Positions 26,908 to 37,719 of a DNA stretch of 64,000 bases are shown here, piece by piece. The notes under the pieces are model-generated. The model saw only the letters and a list, made by a program, of their open reading frames with translations, searched no databases and had not been told where the DNA came from. The DNA comes from Octopus sinensis (lineage: Eukaryota), in assembly GCF_006345805.1 (NCBI RefSeq), contig NC_043000.1, positions 66,464,001 to 66,528,000 of the forward strand, written 5' to 3'. Within the stretch, counting starts at the first letter, position 1; the number at the start of each line of letters is the position of its first letter. The translations under genes were made by a program, and so were the position numbers.

Positions 26908-27083
26908 CTTACTATTATAGACCAATGAATCTCTGCCCAAATCATAGATGAGATCATGTAATTCTGGTGTGTAAGATGCCAATGTATAGTCATAGTCAAA
27001 TCCATAAACTTCAATTTCCTGAAGCTGTACTTCATTATTGGCAAAAATTGCTTTCCTGTTGACATTAGCAGGAAGATCATAAT
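26908..27083 (-). CDS. NT5DC3: NT5DC3-like exon 2 (HAD motif I)
   Basis: ttatttcag|AT...AAG|GTAATA; YDLPANVNRKAIFANNEVQLQEIEVYGFDYDYTLASY, containing the NT5DC2/3 signature GFDYDYTL (DxDxT). Confidence 0.97.
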
Positions 27084-27194
27084 CTGAAATAATAACAGAA
27101 ATTAAATAGAAAAAAAGAAAAACCAAAACAATAAAATTTAATCTAACTAATAGTCCTCTTTGACATTTATTCCACACATACGTTTTGAGAAACA

Positions 27195-27820
27195 TTGAAG
27201 AACAGTGGCTCCTTCAAGCTCAATTTTTTACTGAACTGTATAGTTACTGAAGAGAAAGAAGCCATTTTCAAAAGCTACACCAATGATACTAAGATATCAA
27301 AGGCATTAAAATGGTCTGAAGATATTAAAAGCCTACAGAAGAACTTCAGTCATCATTATATAACATCTGTTTTCCATACTGGCATGGTCTGACTGGAACT
27401 GGTAAGCTGGAGGGATGCACCAGGCTCCAGTAAAAGGTACTCATGCCTGTTACATGTAAAGGGCACCTGGTACATACTGTGAAGTGGTTAGTGTTAGGAA
27501 GGGCATTGAGCTGTAGAAAACAAGCCAACCTCAGTGCTGTTTAGATATGAATTGAATAAAATAGTATAAAATTCAATGCAGGGAAGTTTCAAGTCCTACA
27601 ATGTTGTACAAACAAGGATACAGGGAGAAAGGAAATTGTTATACTAGCGTCAGAATCTATATAGTATCTTGAAACTATAACGAATATAGTACCTTATTCC
27701 ACATGCAGAAAACTGACAGCATGGAACTTAAGGAAATTTAAACTGATCCAGTATTGGAACCTGTTTCAGGAATTTCAAGGTTTTGAAGAGTGTCAAACCA
27801 TCTCTTAGCCACTATTGCTC
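27195..27820 (+). mobile_element. Highly decayed CR1/L2-like RT fragment interrupted by RTE-tail pieces
   Basis: FKSYTNDTKISKA...DIKSLQ (YADDTK-like); aaattcaatgcagggaagtttcaa. Confidence 0.5.
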
Positions 27821-28929
27821 CCAATCCTATTTGTTTCCACTAAATAATCAGGACTTCTTGTCCTGATTATTTAGTGGAAGATATTTGTTCTTAATTATTT
27901 AACTTACATCTTAGGTTAAGGGCTTGCACAAAACTGTATTGGTTCCATGAATCAAATGAATTATTAGACATGATAAACAACTGAGATTATATTCACTGAT
28001 ATGAGGAGAGTGATATACAGTCAATCATGCCTAGAAAGTCCAGAAGAGACTGGTACTAAAATTTGGACAACACCAGTACAGTGCTCGCCAATGAAGCTCT
28101 CTATGAGTCACACTCTATCAATTCTTGAGTGCCCCAGGGCTTAGTTATGAGTCAAACACTCTTCTCTATACTGTTTTACTGTTTTTTTCCGCCATCCTTC
28201 TCTAATTCCCTTTTTTACCCCTCCCTTCTTCATCGTTTTCTATCTGTTTCTCTCTCTTCCCTATTTCTCTTTCTCTCTCTCTCTCTTGTTGCTCACATGT
28301 GACCATAGTCCATCTTTCTTTTCCTGTACAGACATTCAAAAGAGCAGACATTTTCTTTTCTCTCTTTTCTCTTTTCAAAAAAATATTTCTCACAGCATTC
28401 ACTATTTTCCTCTCGTTCTGGTCTAACGACCTTCCATGTTTGTTTTCGTTTGGTTTCCTTGTATGTTTCCACTGCCATGTTTTTATTCCCAAATTTGACC
28501 CTCCATAAATACTAAATTTTATTTTAGAATTTCTGGGAGCAACTGTCTTTGAAGACTCATACTGTCGCTGAATGATCAAAATGAGGAGTAGATAGACAGC
28601 TGATAACTGATGAATGGTCCTTTCGCTATGTTTACTTGTCCAGTTCTCCATTTTTTCTCCTTGTTTATGTATTTCATGCTTGAACCGTTGGTGATATCCT
28701 GTACCAATATATATATGGTTTTAAATTGATATTAAAATTAATATTAATTTATCTCCCTCATTATTTATATATATATATTCAAAAAGCAATAAAGATTCAA
28801 GTTAATTTAAATGAATTTACTTGAATATGGTACCTAACTTAGATGCACCAAAAAAAAACTATACTGTTTTAACAATACAGTAATGTGGGGTGATTATAAG
28901 CGAGAAAGAAGCAACAAGAATGGATAGGT

Positions 28930-29020
28930 TTTTAGTACAATCGTTTCATACAAGGACAGGCTTTATTAAAAGTTGCAAAAATTACAGCATATAAACGTGT
29001 CCCGTACTCATCAGCTAAAA
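28930..29020 (-). ncRNA. Identical hammerhead ribozyme, sense to NT5DC3 intron 1
   Basis: Mirror copy of 30234-30324 in the left arm. Confidence 0.8.
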
Positions 29021-30233
29021 TACATGTGAGTTCTCTAGACATCCTAGTGGTTGAGGCTATACTCATGAAGTAATGTAGATAATTAAGTAACATAAACAGA
29101 TTTCCAAAGTTCATTAAAGTTCTTTAAAGATGATGTACAGTCTTATCACAGAATTTTAAAAAAGTTTTAATAGCATCACAGAGAAGGCGACCTAATCCAT
29201 AGTGCACATATGAATTTCCAGAGATATGAGGAGGGATTACATACTCACAGACGACAAATTTATCCATTGTTAATCACAACGAGGTGGGTCTCAATTCCTG
29301 CTTATTAGCATTACAGAGAGGGTGAATTAATCCTTTGTATAGATGCACAATTTCCAATGGTGTAGATGTAAATTTCCAGAGAAATGAAGAGGAATTTCAT
29401 ATTCACAGGCGATAAATTTATCAATGGTTGAACACAATGAGGTAGGTATCAATTCTTGTTATATGATTAGGTATTTGCCACATTAATCACATTACTGCTA
29501 TTTACAATAGCTATTTAACTTTTAAAGGCTGAAGGGCTTTCTAGAGAGGCAAAGAACAGAAAAGGGAAGGGAAGAGAAGAAAAGAGAGAAAATAAAGGAG
29601 GAGGGAGGAAAAAAAGGGGGGGGGGACTAAAAGAGAGGAGAAAAGGAAAAAGAGAATAAGAAGAAGAAAAAGAAAAAAGAGAAAAGAGAAAGAAATAGGG
29701 AAAGAAGGGAAAAAGAAAAAGAAAAAAAGAGGGTTCTAGTTATACAGAAGAATTAGTAGTAATGTGATTAATGTGGCAAATACCTAATCATATAACAAGA
29801 ATTGATACCTACCTCATTGTGTTCAACCATTGATAAATTTATCGCCTGTGAATATGAAATTCCTCTTCATTTCTCTGGAAATTTACATCTACACCATTGG
29901 AAATTGTGCATCTATACAAAGGATTAATTCACCCTCTCTGTAATGCTAATAAGCAGGAATTGAGACCCACCTCGTTGTGATTAACAATGGATAAATTTGT
30001 CGTCTGTGAGTATGTAATCCCTCCTCATATCTCTGGAAATTCATATGTGCACTATGGATTAGGTCACCTTCTCTGTGATGCTATTAAAACTTTTTTAAAA
30101 TTCTGTGATAAGACTGTACATCATCTTTAAAGAACTTTAATGAACTTTGGAAATCTGTTTATGTTACTTAATTATCTACATTACTTCATGAGTATAGCCT
30201 CAACCACTAGGATGTCTAGAGAACTCACATGTA

Positions 30234-30324
30234 TTTTAGCTGATGAGTACGGGACACGTTTATATGCTGTAATTTTTGCAACTTTTAATAAAGCCTGTCC
30301 TTGTATGAAACGATTGTACTAAAA
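30234..30324 (+). ncRNA. Type-I hammerhead ribozyme with extended helix II
   Basis: TTTTAG-CTGATGA-[60-nt hairpin GTACGGGACA...TGTCCTTGTAT]-GAAAC-GATT-GTA^CTAAAA; 6-bp helix I. Confidence 0.8.
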
Positions 30325-30430
30325 ACCTATCCATTCTTGTTGCTTCTTTCTCGCTTATATATATATGACGGGCTTCTTTCAGTTTCTATCTAACAAATCC
30401 ACTCACAAGGCTTTTGTCGGCCTGAGTCTA

Positions 30431-32382
30431 TATCATCATCATCATCTTCATTTTTGTCGCTTTGATGTCCGTTTTCCATGCTGGCAGGGGCTGGCAACCC
30501 AGAAGGCTGCACCAGGCTCCAATCTGATCTGGCAAACTTCCAACAGCTGGATGCCCTTCCTAATACCAACCACTCCAAGAGTCTAGTGGTTGCTTTTTAT
30601 GTGCCACCGGCATGAGGGCCAGTCAGGCAGTACTGGCATTGACCACACTTGAATGGTGCTTTTTATGTGTCACCAGCATAGGAGCCAGTCAGGCGGTACT
30701 GGCAACGACCATGCTCGAATGGTACTTTTCACGTGTCACTGGCACGGGACCAGTCAGCTGGCACTGGCAACGACCATGCTCGAATGGTGCTTTTTATGTG
30801 CCAGCAGCACAGAACCAGTCAGATGGCAGTGGCATCGATCACACTCAAATGGTGTTTTTTACGTGCCAATCAGGCGGTACTGTCATTGGTCATGACAATG
30901 ACCTCACTTGAGTCAACAGGTCTTCGCAAGTGCAGTTTATTGCTCAATGATTGAAGGGTACTCTTAAATGGGCTGGTTATGCTGCACTGGCATAGGCCAT
31001 AATCACGGTCTCACTTGGCTTGCCAGGTCTTCTCAAGCACAGCATATCTCCAAAGGTCTCGATCACTTGTCATCACCTCTGTGAGGCTCAACGTTCGAAG
31101 GCCATCCTGGGTCTACCTTTTCCACAAGTTCCCTCTAATTTGTCATAGTTTGGCTGACCGAAAACTAGGGTGTGACACTTTTTCATACAGCTGTCCTCAT
31201 CCATATGCAACACATGACCATACCAGCGCAGTCGTCTCTCTTGCACACCACATCTGATGCTTCTCATGTCCAACTTTTCTCTCACTTACATTCTGTCGCA
31301 TATGCACACTGACATTACACATCCAGTGGAGCATACTAGCTTCCTTCCTTGCAAGCTTACACATGTCCTCAGCAGTCATGGCCCATATTTCACTGCCATG
31401 TAGCATGGCTGTTTGCACACATGCATCATACAGTCTACCTTTTACTCTGAGCGAGAGGCCCTTTGTCACTAGCAGAAGTAGGCTATTCTTATTCTTCCAG
31501 CTACACTCTCAGAACATCCACCCCTGCAACTGACTTGGTCACCTAAGTAATGGAAGCTATCAACTACTTTTAGTTTTTCCCCCTGGTATGTGATGGAAGC
31601 TGTTTTCTGCACATTTTCTGAGTTTATTGCTCCTGAGAATTTGCTACACACAAAAACTATCTTCCCAGTTAGCCTTCCTTTGATATTGCTGCACCTCTAA
31701 TGTGTTCATAGCTTACACTGGGTACATCTTATGGAATTTCTACCAATACCTATGGGAGTGACAAATGAAAATATCAATAGTGGAAAAGAAGAATACAGGC
31801 AGGGTTAGGTATGCTCTGGAAAGACATTTCTGTGTTAGACCGAAAAGAGAAGGGGGAGGTTAAAAGCAAACACAAATACAGAGCACTGAACAAGAAAAAT
31901 GATATTCAGTGCGACAATGAGATAGAGAATAGTAAACCAGACATAGTGTTGAGAAAGAATGCAAGCCATGCTGGATCCTAAATATAGCAAGCCCAGCTGA
32001 CAAGAAGGTATGCGATAAGGGAGAAAGAAAAGTCGATAGATATGACAGGTTAGCTTGAGAGGTTAAGCAGTTGTGGACAATGAAAAAGGTGGTAGTACTA
32101 GTAATTGTCGGAGCCTGGGGAATAGTGAGTAAAAATCTTGAGAAGTACATGGAACAAATAGGGGCTCTAATAAGAATGGAGCAATTGCATAAAACAGCAC
32201 TGCTTGGAACCACTCAAATACTCCGGAAGGTACTCAAAAAGTAAGGGGTGCTATCTTAGTTCACTTTGGTTTTTGCTAGACTGACTCTAAGGCCCTTTGT
32301 TTCTAGACCTTGCTTCCATACCTGAAACTTCACCTCTAGTTCTGATAGTGACTCAGCTATTAGAGAAAGGTCATCAACATAG
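30431..32382 (-). mobile_element. Decayed RTE LINE (3' half) with ~60-bp 3'UTR tandem repeats, interrupted by an R4-like fragment
   Basis: RRLRWYGHVLHM, GLSLRVKGRLY, VDSFHYLGD; (CAT)n tail at 30431-30446; RT resumes at 32263-32382. Confidence 0.9.
31860..32250 (+). mobile_element. R4/Dong-like RLE 3' fragment nested in the RTE
   Basis: WTMKKVVVLVIVGAWG..SKNLEKYMEQIG..QLHKTALLGTTQILRKVL. Confidence 0.75.
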
Positions 32383-32876
32383 GCTGCCGGTGTTAGAAAA
32401 TATTAATGATAATAATGAGATAGAAGTGGGCATTTGAATTCTTAACTAGAGCTATAACCAACAGTTTTCGGTCAGCCAAACTATGACAAAATTAGATAAA
32501 TGAATGAATAAATGGCAATAAATAAATGAGTGTGAAAGAGAGGGAGAAAGAGGGAGAGTTGGATTGAGCGAAGGGATCTTAAGTTTTTTTCTCTAAACAT
32601 ATGGCATGGAAGACAAAACTGTTTACATAGGTAGATAGTGAAATGAAATAATAAAGTAATTATAATCTGCACTGAAAAAGAGGTTTTAGATGTGTGCTTG
32701 GTTGGAAAACAAGGTTGCTTATCTGAACATCTTCTGGTTTCTACTCCATGTGGTGAGGTATTAAAATGTGAGGTAGGGGAATATGAATGAGCTAGTTTAT
32801 ATAGGGTGGGGTGGGGTGGGGTGGGAAGAGTGGAGGTAAAGTGTTGGGAGAAGCAAGTTGTTAATGAAACTGAGAG

Positions 32877-32926
<50 letters not shown>

Positions 32927-33128
32927 AGAATTAAGCTGGTTGAAGACAGAACATGAGGAGACGGAATTTGGGGATTTAGGATAACATAATTGAACGAATG
33001 GTTTTAACATTGCCGCTGCTGGAGTGAAAGAATAGTAATTCTGACAATGAGATAGAATGGGGCACTGGGAAATAGCAAGAACTCAGGTTGCCGGTGTGAG
33101 AAAATATTAATGATAATAATGAGATATA
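32381..33128 (-). repeat. Unclassified dispersed repeat bounded by ~43-bp direct repeats, with (GA)n; related copy at ~59040-59260 (+)
   Basis: gccggtgt.agaaaatattaatgataataatgagata at 32386 and 33090; ttggctgaccgaaaact shared with the copy near 59185. Confidence 0.55.
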
Positions 33129-33566
33129 ATGATCAAGCAAGTCCAGCCTTCCTTACTTACAGAGTGTCCATTTCTTTTATTGTATTTAAATACATTTAAT
33201 TCAAAATAAGGAAGTGCCAAAGGGAAATACCAGATAAATGAATGTGTGTGTGGGCGTGTACAAAAACATACACACATGCATTTTTCTGCAATCTTACTTT
33301 TCCATTGCTTTCATATTTAGAGCATTAATCCATTGCAAAGTGGACTGCATATCAGACACACCTTTGTTTAAGGCATCCTGAGCCTTGCTATAGTAGAAGG
33401 CAATTGTCTAAGGTGCCATGCAGTGGGACTGAACCCAGAACCAAGTGGTTGGGAAGCAAGCTTCTTCCCACACAGCCACTCCTGTGCCTATATATATATA
33501 TACGTCCAACCCATGCTAGCATGGAAAACGGACGCTAAACGATGATGATGATGATATGTATGTATG

Positions 33567-33654
<88 letters not shown>

Positions 33655-34037
33655 TATATACTATATATATATGTATATAAAATGAGATAGGGGTTGAAAA
33701 TTCAACCCACCATGGGATATATATATCCAATATACTGCTAGATAGGTACCCACACAAAATTATACATAGATGTTAAAAATTGTCAAACAATCAGTTCATC
33801 TATTGCATTATATGGGTAAAGGTAATAATATTACCGTAAATTAATACTACAAAATTAGAGAATGGAGAATATACTTAAATCAGTAAAACATCAACTATCC
33901 GATGATACTCAATCCATACTTTAATACACCATTACATATGAGTAAAGGCAATACATAAAATGAAATGAGATATACAGTAATTAAAAAGATAAGATATATA
34001 AGTAAAAAATTTTCAAATATAATATGCAAATAAATCA

Positions 34038-34152
34038 AAACTGACAGCTGTTTCGGCAGTGAGGACAGTCATACCTCATTTAACCTATAAGCCATAAAGG
34101 CAGGTATAAATGAGGCATTAACAAGGATGCCCCACGGCCTCTTCAGAGAATT
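34038..34152 (-). ncRNA. Hammerhead ribozyme core with 85-nt helix II hairpin
   Basis: CT-CTGAAGA-GGC...GCC-GAAAC-AGCT-GTC^AG; internal 12-bp ATGCCTCATTTA/TAAATGAGGTAT; helix I weak (2 bp). Confidence 0.7.
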
Positions 34153-34507
34153 AAATTAAATTTGTTATAATAGTGAAAAATATTATACAATCATATACAT
34201 ATAAATATAAAAATATAAAAATGTAAAATATAAAAACTTATACATCATAATGCTACACTTATATAATATAATACACATTTGTACAAAAAAGGAAGGTAAA
34301 CAGAACAAAATAAAACAAAATATATAATAGTGTATATATTAATATCAATAAGTACCGATATTATACATATTTGGCTAATAGTTTTTTTTATATATAAAAA
34401 AAAAAAGGCTAACATATATGGAGATGAAAAATAATAATTAAATCCGTGGTACAGTTCATAAGATTCTAAAGCTATAAAAGTTAATAAAAGTTAATAAAAA
34501 TTACTAT

Positions 34508-34539
<32 letters not shown>

Positions 34540-36247
34540 TATAATAAAAAATAGATACAGTTAAGTTAGCACCAAGTCCATCCTTACAAGATCGAAATAA
34601 CTATGAGTTAAGAAATGCTGACCACTAGGTAAAGAAAATATAGATTAATTCGATTGGCTATTGGTTTGAAATTTAAATCACAAAAGAAAAAAATATACGG
34701 TTGGTTAGTCAGGGAACGCCAATATTCACACACGCATCTACAGATCAATCGCACATACACACATAGTTATATGTATATACATACACTTATACACATACAT
34801 AATCACAAGCAACAACTAGCACATAGATAAACAAAAAGGGAAGCAACTATGCTACAATTTAGTCCTTCAAAATTATAACTGTGCCTCAATAACAAAAGAA
34901 GAACCATCCATGCATTCCATAAAATATTTAATTTAGATATAAATATATTTTTAAATATCAGTATGTTACTAAGTCAGATACTTATTTCATGGGTAACTTA
35001 AAATTTATAACACCGGTTTGTTGCAGAGTAAACATACGGTTGTTAGATTTATCGTAAGTTTGTTATGGTTTTAAGTACGCTAAATTATAAAATATAAAAT
35101 ATAAAATATATATTAATTTAAATCTTATAAATAAGTCACTTATTAACTTAATAAATATAGTGCCATAATATACCAGTTTAGGCATTAAAGAATAGAAGGG
35201 GAAGTATTAATGTAAACGCTTATGAGAACATCACAGAAATTTTAAATAAATTTTATATTATAAAGACTTAAGATGAAAAGAGATAAAATAAATAAGAAGG
35301 AATAAATACGAAGGAATAAATACGGTTATACACATAATTATAAGTACAAACCAGTATATATGTATTCATATATTATTAAAATTAAATAAAAATAAATGAT
35401 AGATATGTATGTATAAAACTACCCCAGTATAAGTAAATAAGTAAAAAATAAATAGGTAGCAAATTAGATGACTTGATATGTATGTAAACATCTACACTTA
35501 AATAGGCAAATAAATAAATAAATAGAAGACTAGATGCAAAAATTGATAATATTACAATAAATGGAAAATAAATAAAAATAATAAATAGAGTGAATATATA
35601 TGTTATATTGTTGAAAGTAAATATGTATGGAGGATAGTTTAAAGTACAGATCCAGAGGACTATAGATATAAACTAAATATATGAGGCTGGTAATAATTAT
35701 AAAGCAAAATGCATGTAAATGAAAATGAAAAAATGAAAAAGGTTTATCAGTGAATAGCATAAGATACAAATTAAGTGAGTACAAAAAGACCAAATATACA
35801 ATAAAAACCTTCCAAATAACACATACAAAAACCTATAATCTCAACCTAAACCCACCAAACTCACAAAAAGCTCTCATATATTACATATTATACAATATCA
35901 TTACATTATCCAGAGCTAGGTATCTACCCAGATATATATATATACTATGCAATATACTATGCAATATTGGAAAACTTCAAAAATCACACATTACAAGGCA
36001 AGTACCAAATGAATATGTTATTTTATGTCATATTGCAATCTCTTAAAAAAACAAACAAAAACCCACATACAAAAAACAAGAAACCAATAATACTAGACAC
36101 ATCCATTAATTATTATACAAATGTAGCTATAAAAATTATAAAATTATAAAATATATAAATTGTATACTTTAGAAATTATAGAAGACCACAGGTATATTTA
36201 GTTAAAGAAGGGAGTTAAAAAATTGATAATAGTGGAAGTGCTAAGTT

Positions 36248-36574
36248 CTATTTGAATCTAGAAAAGGTGAACGGTAGCCTATGAATACAAAAGAAGTTTT
36301 TTTCATTAATGTTGTTAATGATTTGCCGACCCGCTTTAATAATGAAGAAAATTTCATTAATACATAGAGAGCATTTTTTATTTTTTCCATTATACACAGG
36401 TGCTGAAGTTAGTATTTTCCAGTTTAATCTAAAATCTAAGTTCTTATTTTTAAGTTCCCAAATGTATGCACTTAGCCCTGTAGAGTACATTCTATTTTTA
36501 TTCCTAAAAGTATATCTGTGATAATTCCATCTTTGTTTTATGCTATTCATAGTTGCCCCGATATACACCCTTGG
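36248..36574 (-). CDS. Penelope-type GIY-YIG endonuclease domain, uninterrupted from YIG to stop
   Basis: PRVYIGATMNSIKQRWNYH...TGLSAYIWELK...WKIL...CSLCINE...IINNINE...CIH; R, H, E and N positions retained. Confidence 0.8.
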   Translation of the reverse strand, partial: PRVYIGATMNSIKQRWNYHRYTFRNKNRMYSTGLSAYIWELKNKNLDFRLNWKILTSAPVYNGKNKKCSLCINEIFFIIKAGRQIINNINEKNFFCIHRLPFTFSRFK

Positions 36575-37719
36575 CTACAATGGTTAAAGGTTAAAAGCTC
36601 AAATGATTTTGATAGTGGCTTGGTTGAGGTCCTTGTATTTATGTGTATGATTGTATGTATATATATTTTTATTTTGTGGGGAATTGTATAAATACACACA
36701 CGTGTACTTGTGTATGTGTGTGAGTGTATAGTGGGAGAGAGAAAGATGGGGAAGGTGAGATAAAATTTCTTGTCTCTTGTTCAAAAGAGGAAATCTCTTT
36801 GCAATGGCACCCATTCAGGTTCTGGACAAGCACAAACACACATCCATACACACACACACACACACAAGGGGCTGTAGTAGTAGACATTTGGTGCCACACA
36901 CCGCTGCTAAATCCAGAAACATATAGCTAAGGAACAAAGTTCCTGCCACACAGACAGGACTGTGTCTTACAACAGCTTATAGAAAAAAAAAAAAAAAAAA
37001 ATCGGTAAGTATATAACCAGCTTCCAAAAAATTCTAATCTAACAATTATTATTTATTTGCATTTTATGCATATCCCTTTTAGCATAAAATGCAACAAATA
37101 AAGTTTCTTTGGGATTTTGTAAAATTTCTTTCCAATTTTTACCAGAATATTTTTAAAAGGCGTAGTTTAGATGTTTAAATTTATAGTTTAACAACACCCA
37201 CCTTGATTTCGGTGAGAAATGTTTTTCCCTTGTTTTCCTTTTTTCTTGTGCTATCAACTAATTTCATCTCCTAATATACCGCAAAGACCTTTTTTCATCA
37301 AAAACAGAGTGGAGTGAGCCCTTGGAATCCTCCTCTCACTTCAGAGTTATATTTCTTCCTTGTTTTTTTTTTTTTTACGTGTGCTGTCAGCTAATTTCAG
37401 CACCTAGTATACTGCAAAGGACCTTTTTCCCCTTTGCAGCATATTAGGAGATCAGAATAGTGGCTACTTTTTATGCCTAATAACTGCTGTTTCTAACATA
37501 CTATACAACCACATTAAGGACCAGCTACCTTGGAGTTTATTTAAAAGAGAGGGAAAAATGCTTTACACAATAAATTCCGATATAATCATAATCTACACCA
37601 TCAGAGACATATATATATATGTAGAAAATTTTATTAACAAATTATCAATAATTCAGAAAGTTCCACATACATATATATACATATATACATACACATATAA
37701 ATATGTACATAATATATCA

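Larger units (their letters stand above)
28895..30359. mobile_element. 602-bp near-perfect inverted repeat with a 261-bp purine-rich spacer; Penelope-like inverted pLTR structure
   Basis: 28895-29496 is the reverse complement of 29758-30359 (one mismatch seen, 29188/30066); each arm contains an HHR. Confidence 0.9.
33680..37610 (-). mobile_element. Penelope-like non-autonomous element (GIY-YIG ORF plus HHR, no RT) between (TA)n tracts
   Basis: GIY-YIG C-terminal ORF at 36248-36574, HHR at 34038-34152, very AT-rich body; boundaries approximate. Confidence 0.6.

Noticed and set aside
26773-27195. 140-aa ORF as a stand-alone gene with a hydrophobic N-terminus
   Set aside because: Only 26908-27083 is exonic; flanks are intronic pyrimidine tract and repeat
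30140-30322. Identical 60-aa ORFs on opposite strands (also 28932-29114) as a duplicated small gene
   Set aside because: They result from the inverted repeat and overlap the ribozyme; no recognisable protein motif
30590-30900. Regularly spaced ~60-bp repeats resembling a CRISPR array
   Set aside because: Degenerate tandem units without unique spacers, part of the RTE 3'UTR (also at ~37890-38100 and ~61410-61620); eukaryotic context
37575-37606. Minus-strand CTGATGG...CGGAAT degenerate HHR at the other end of the GIY-YIG element
   Set aside because: Both core boxes deviate at invariant positions; not supportable without a consensus
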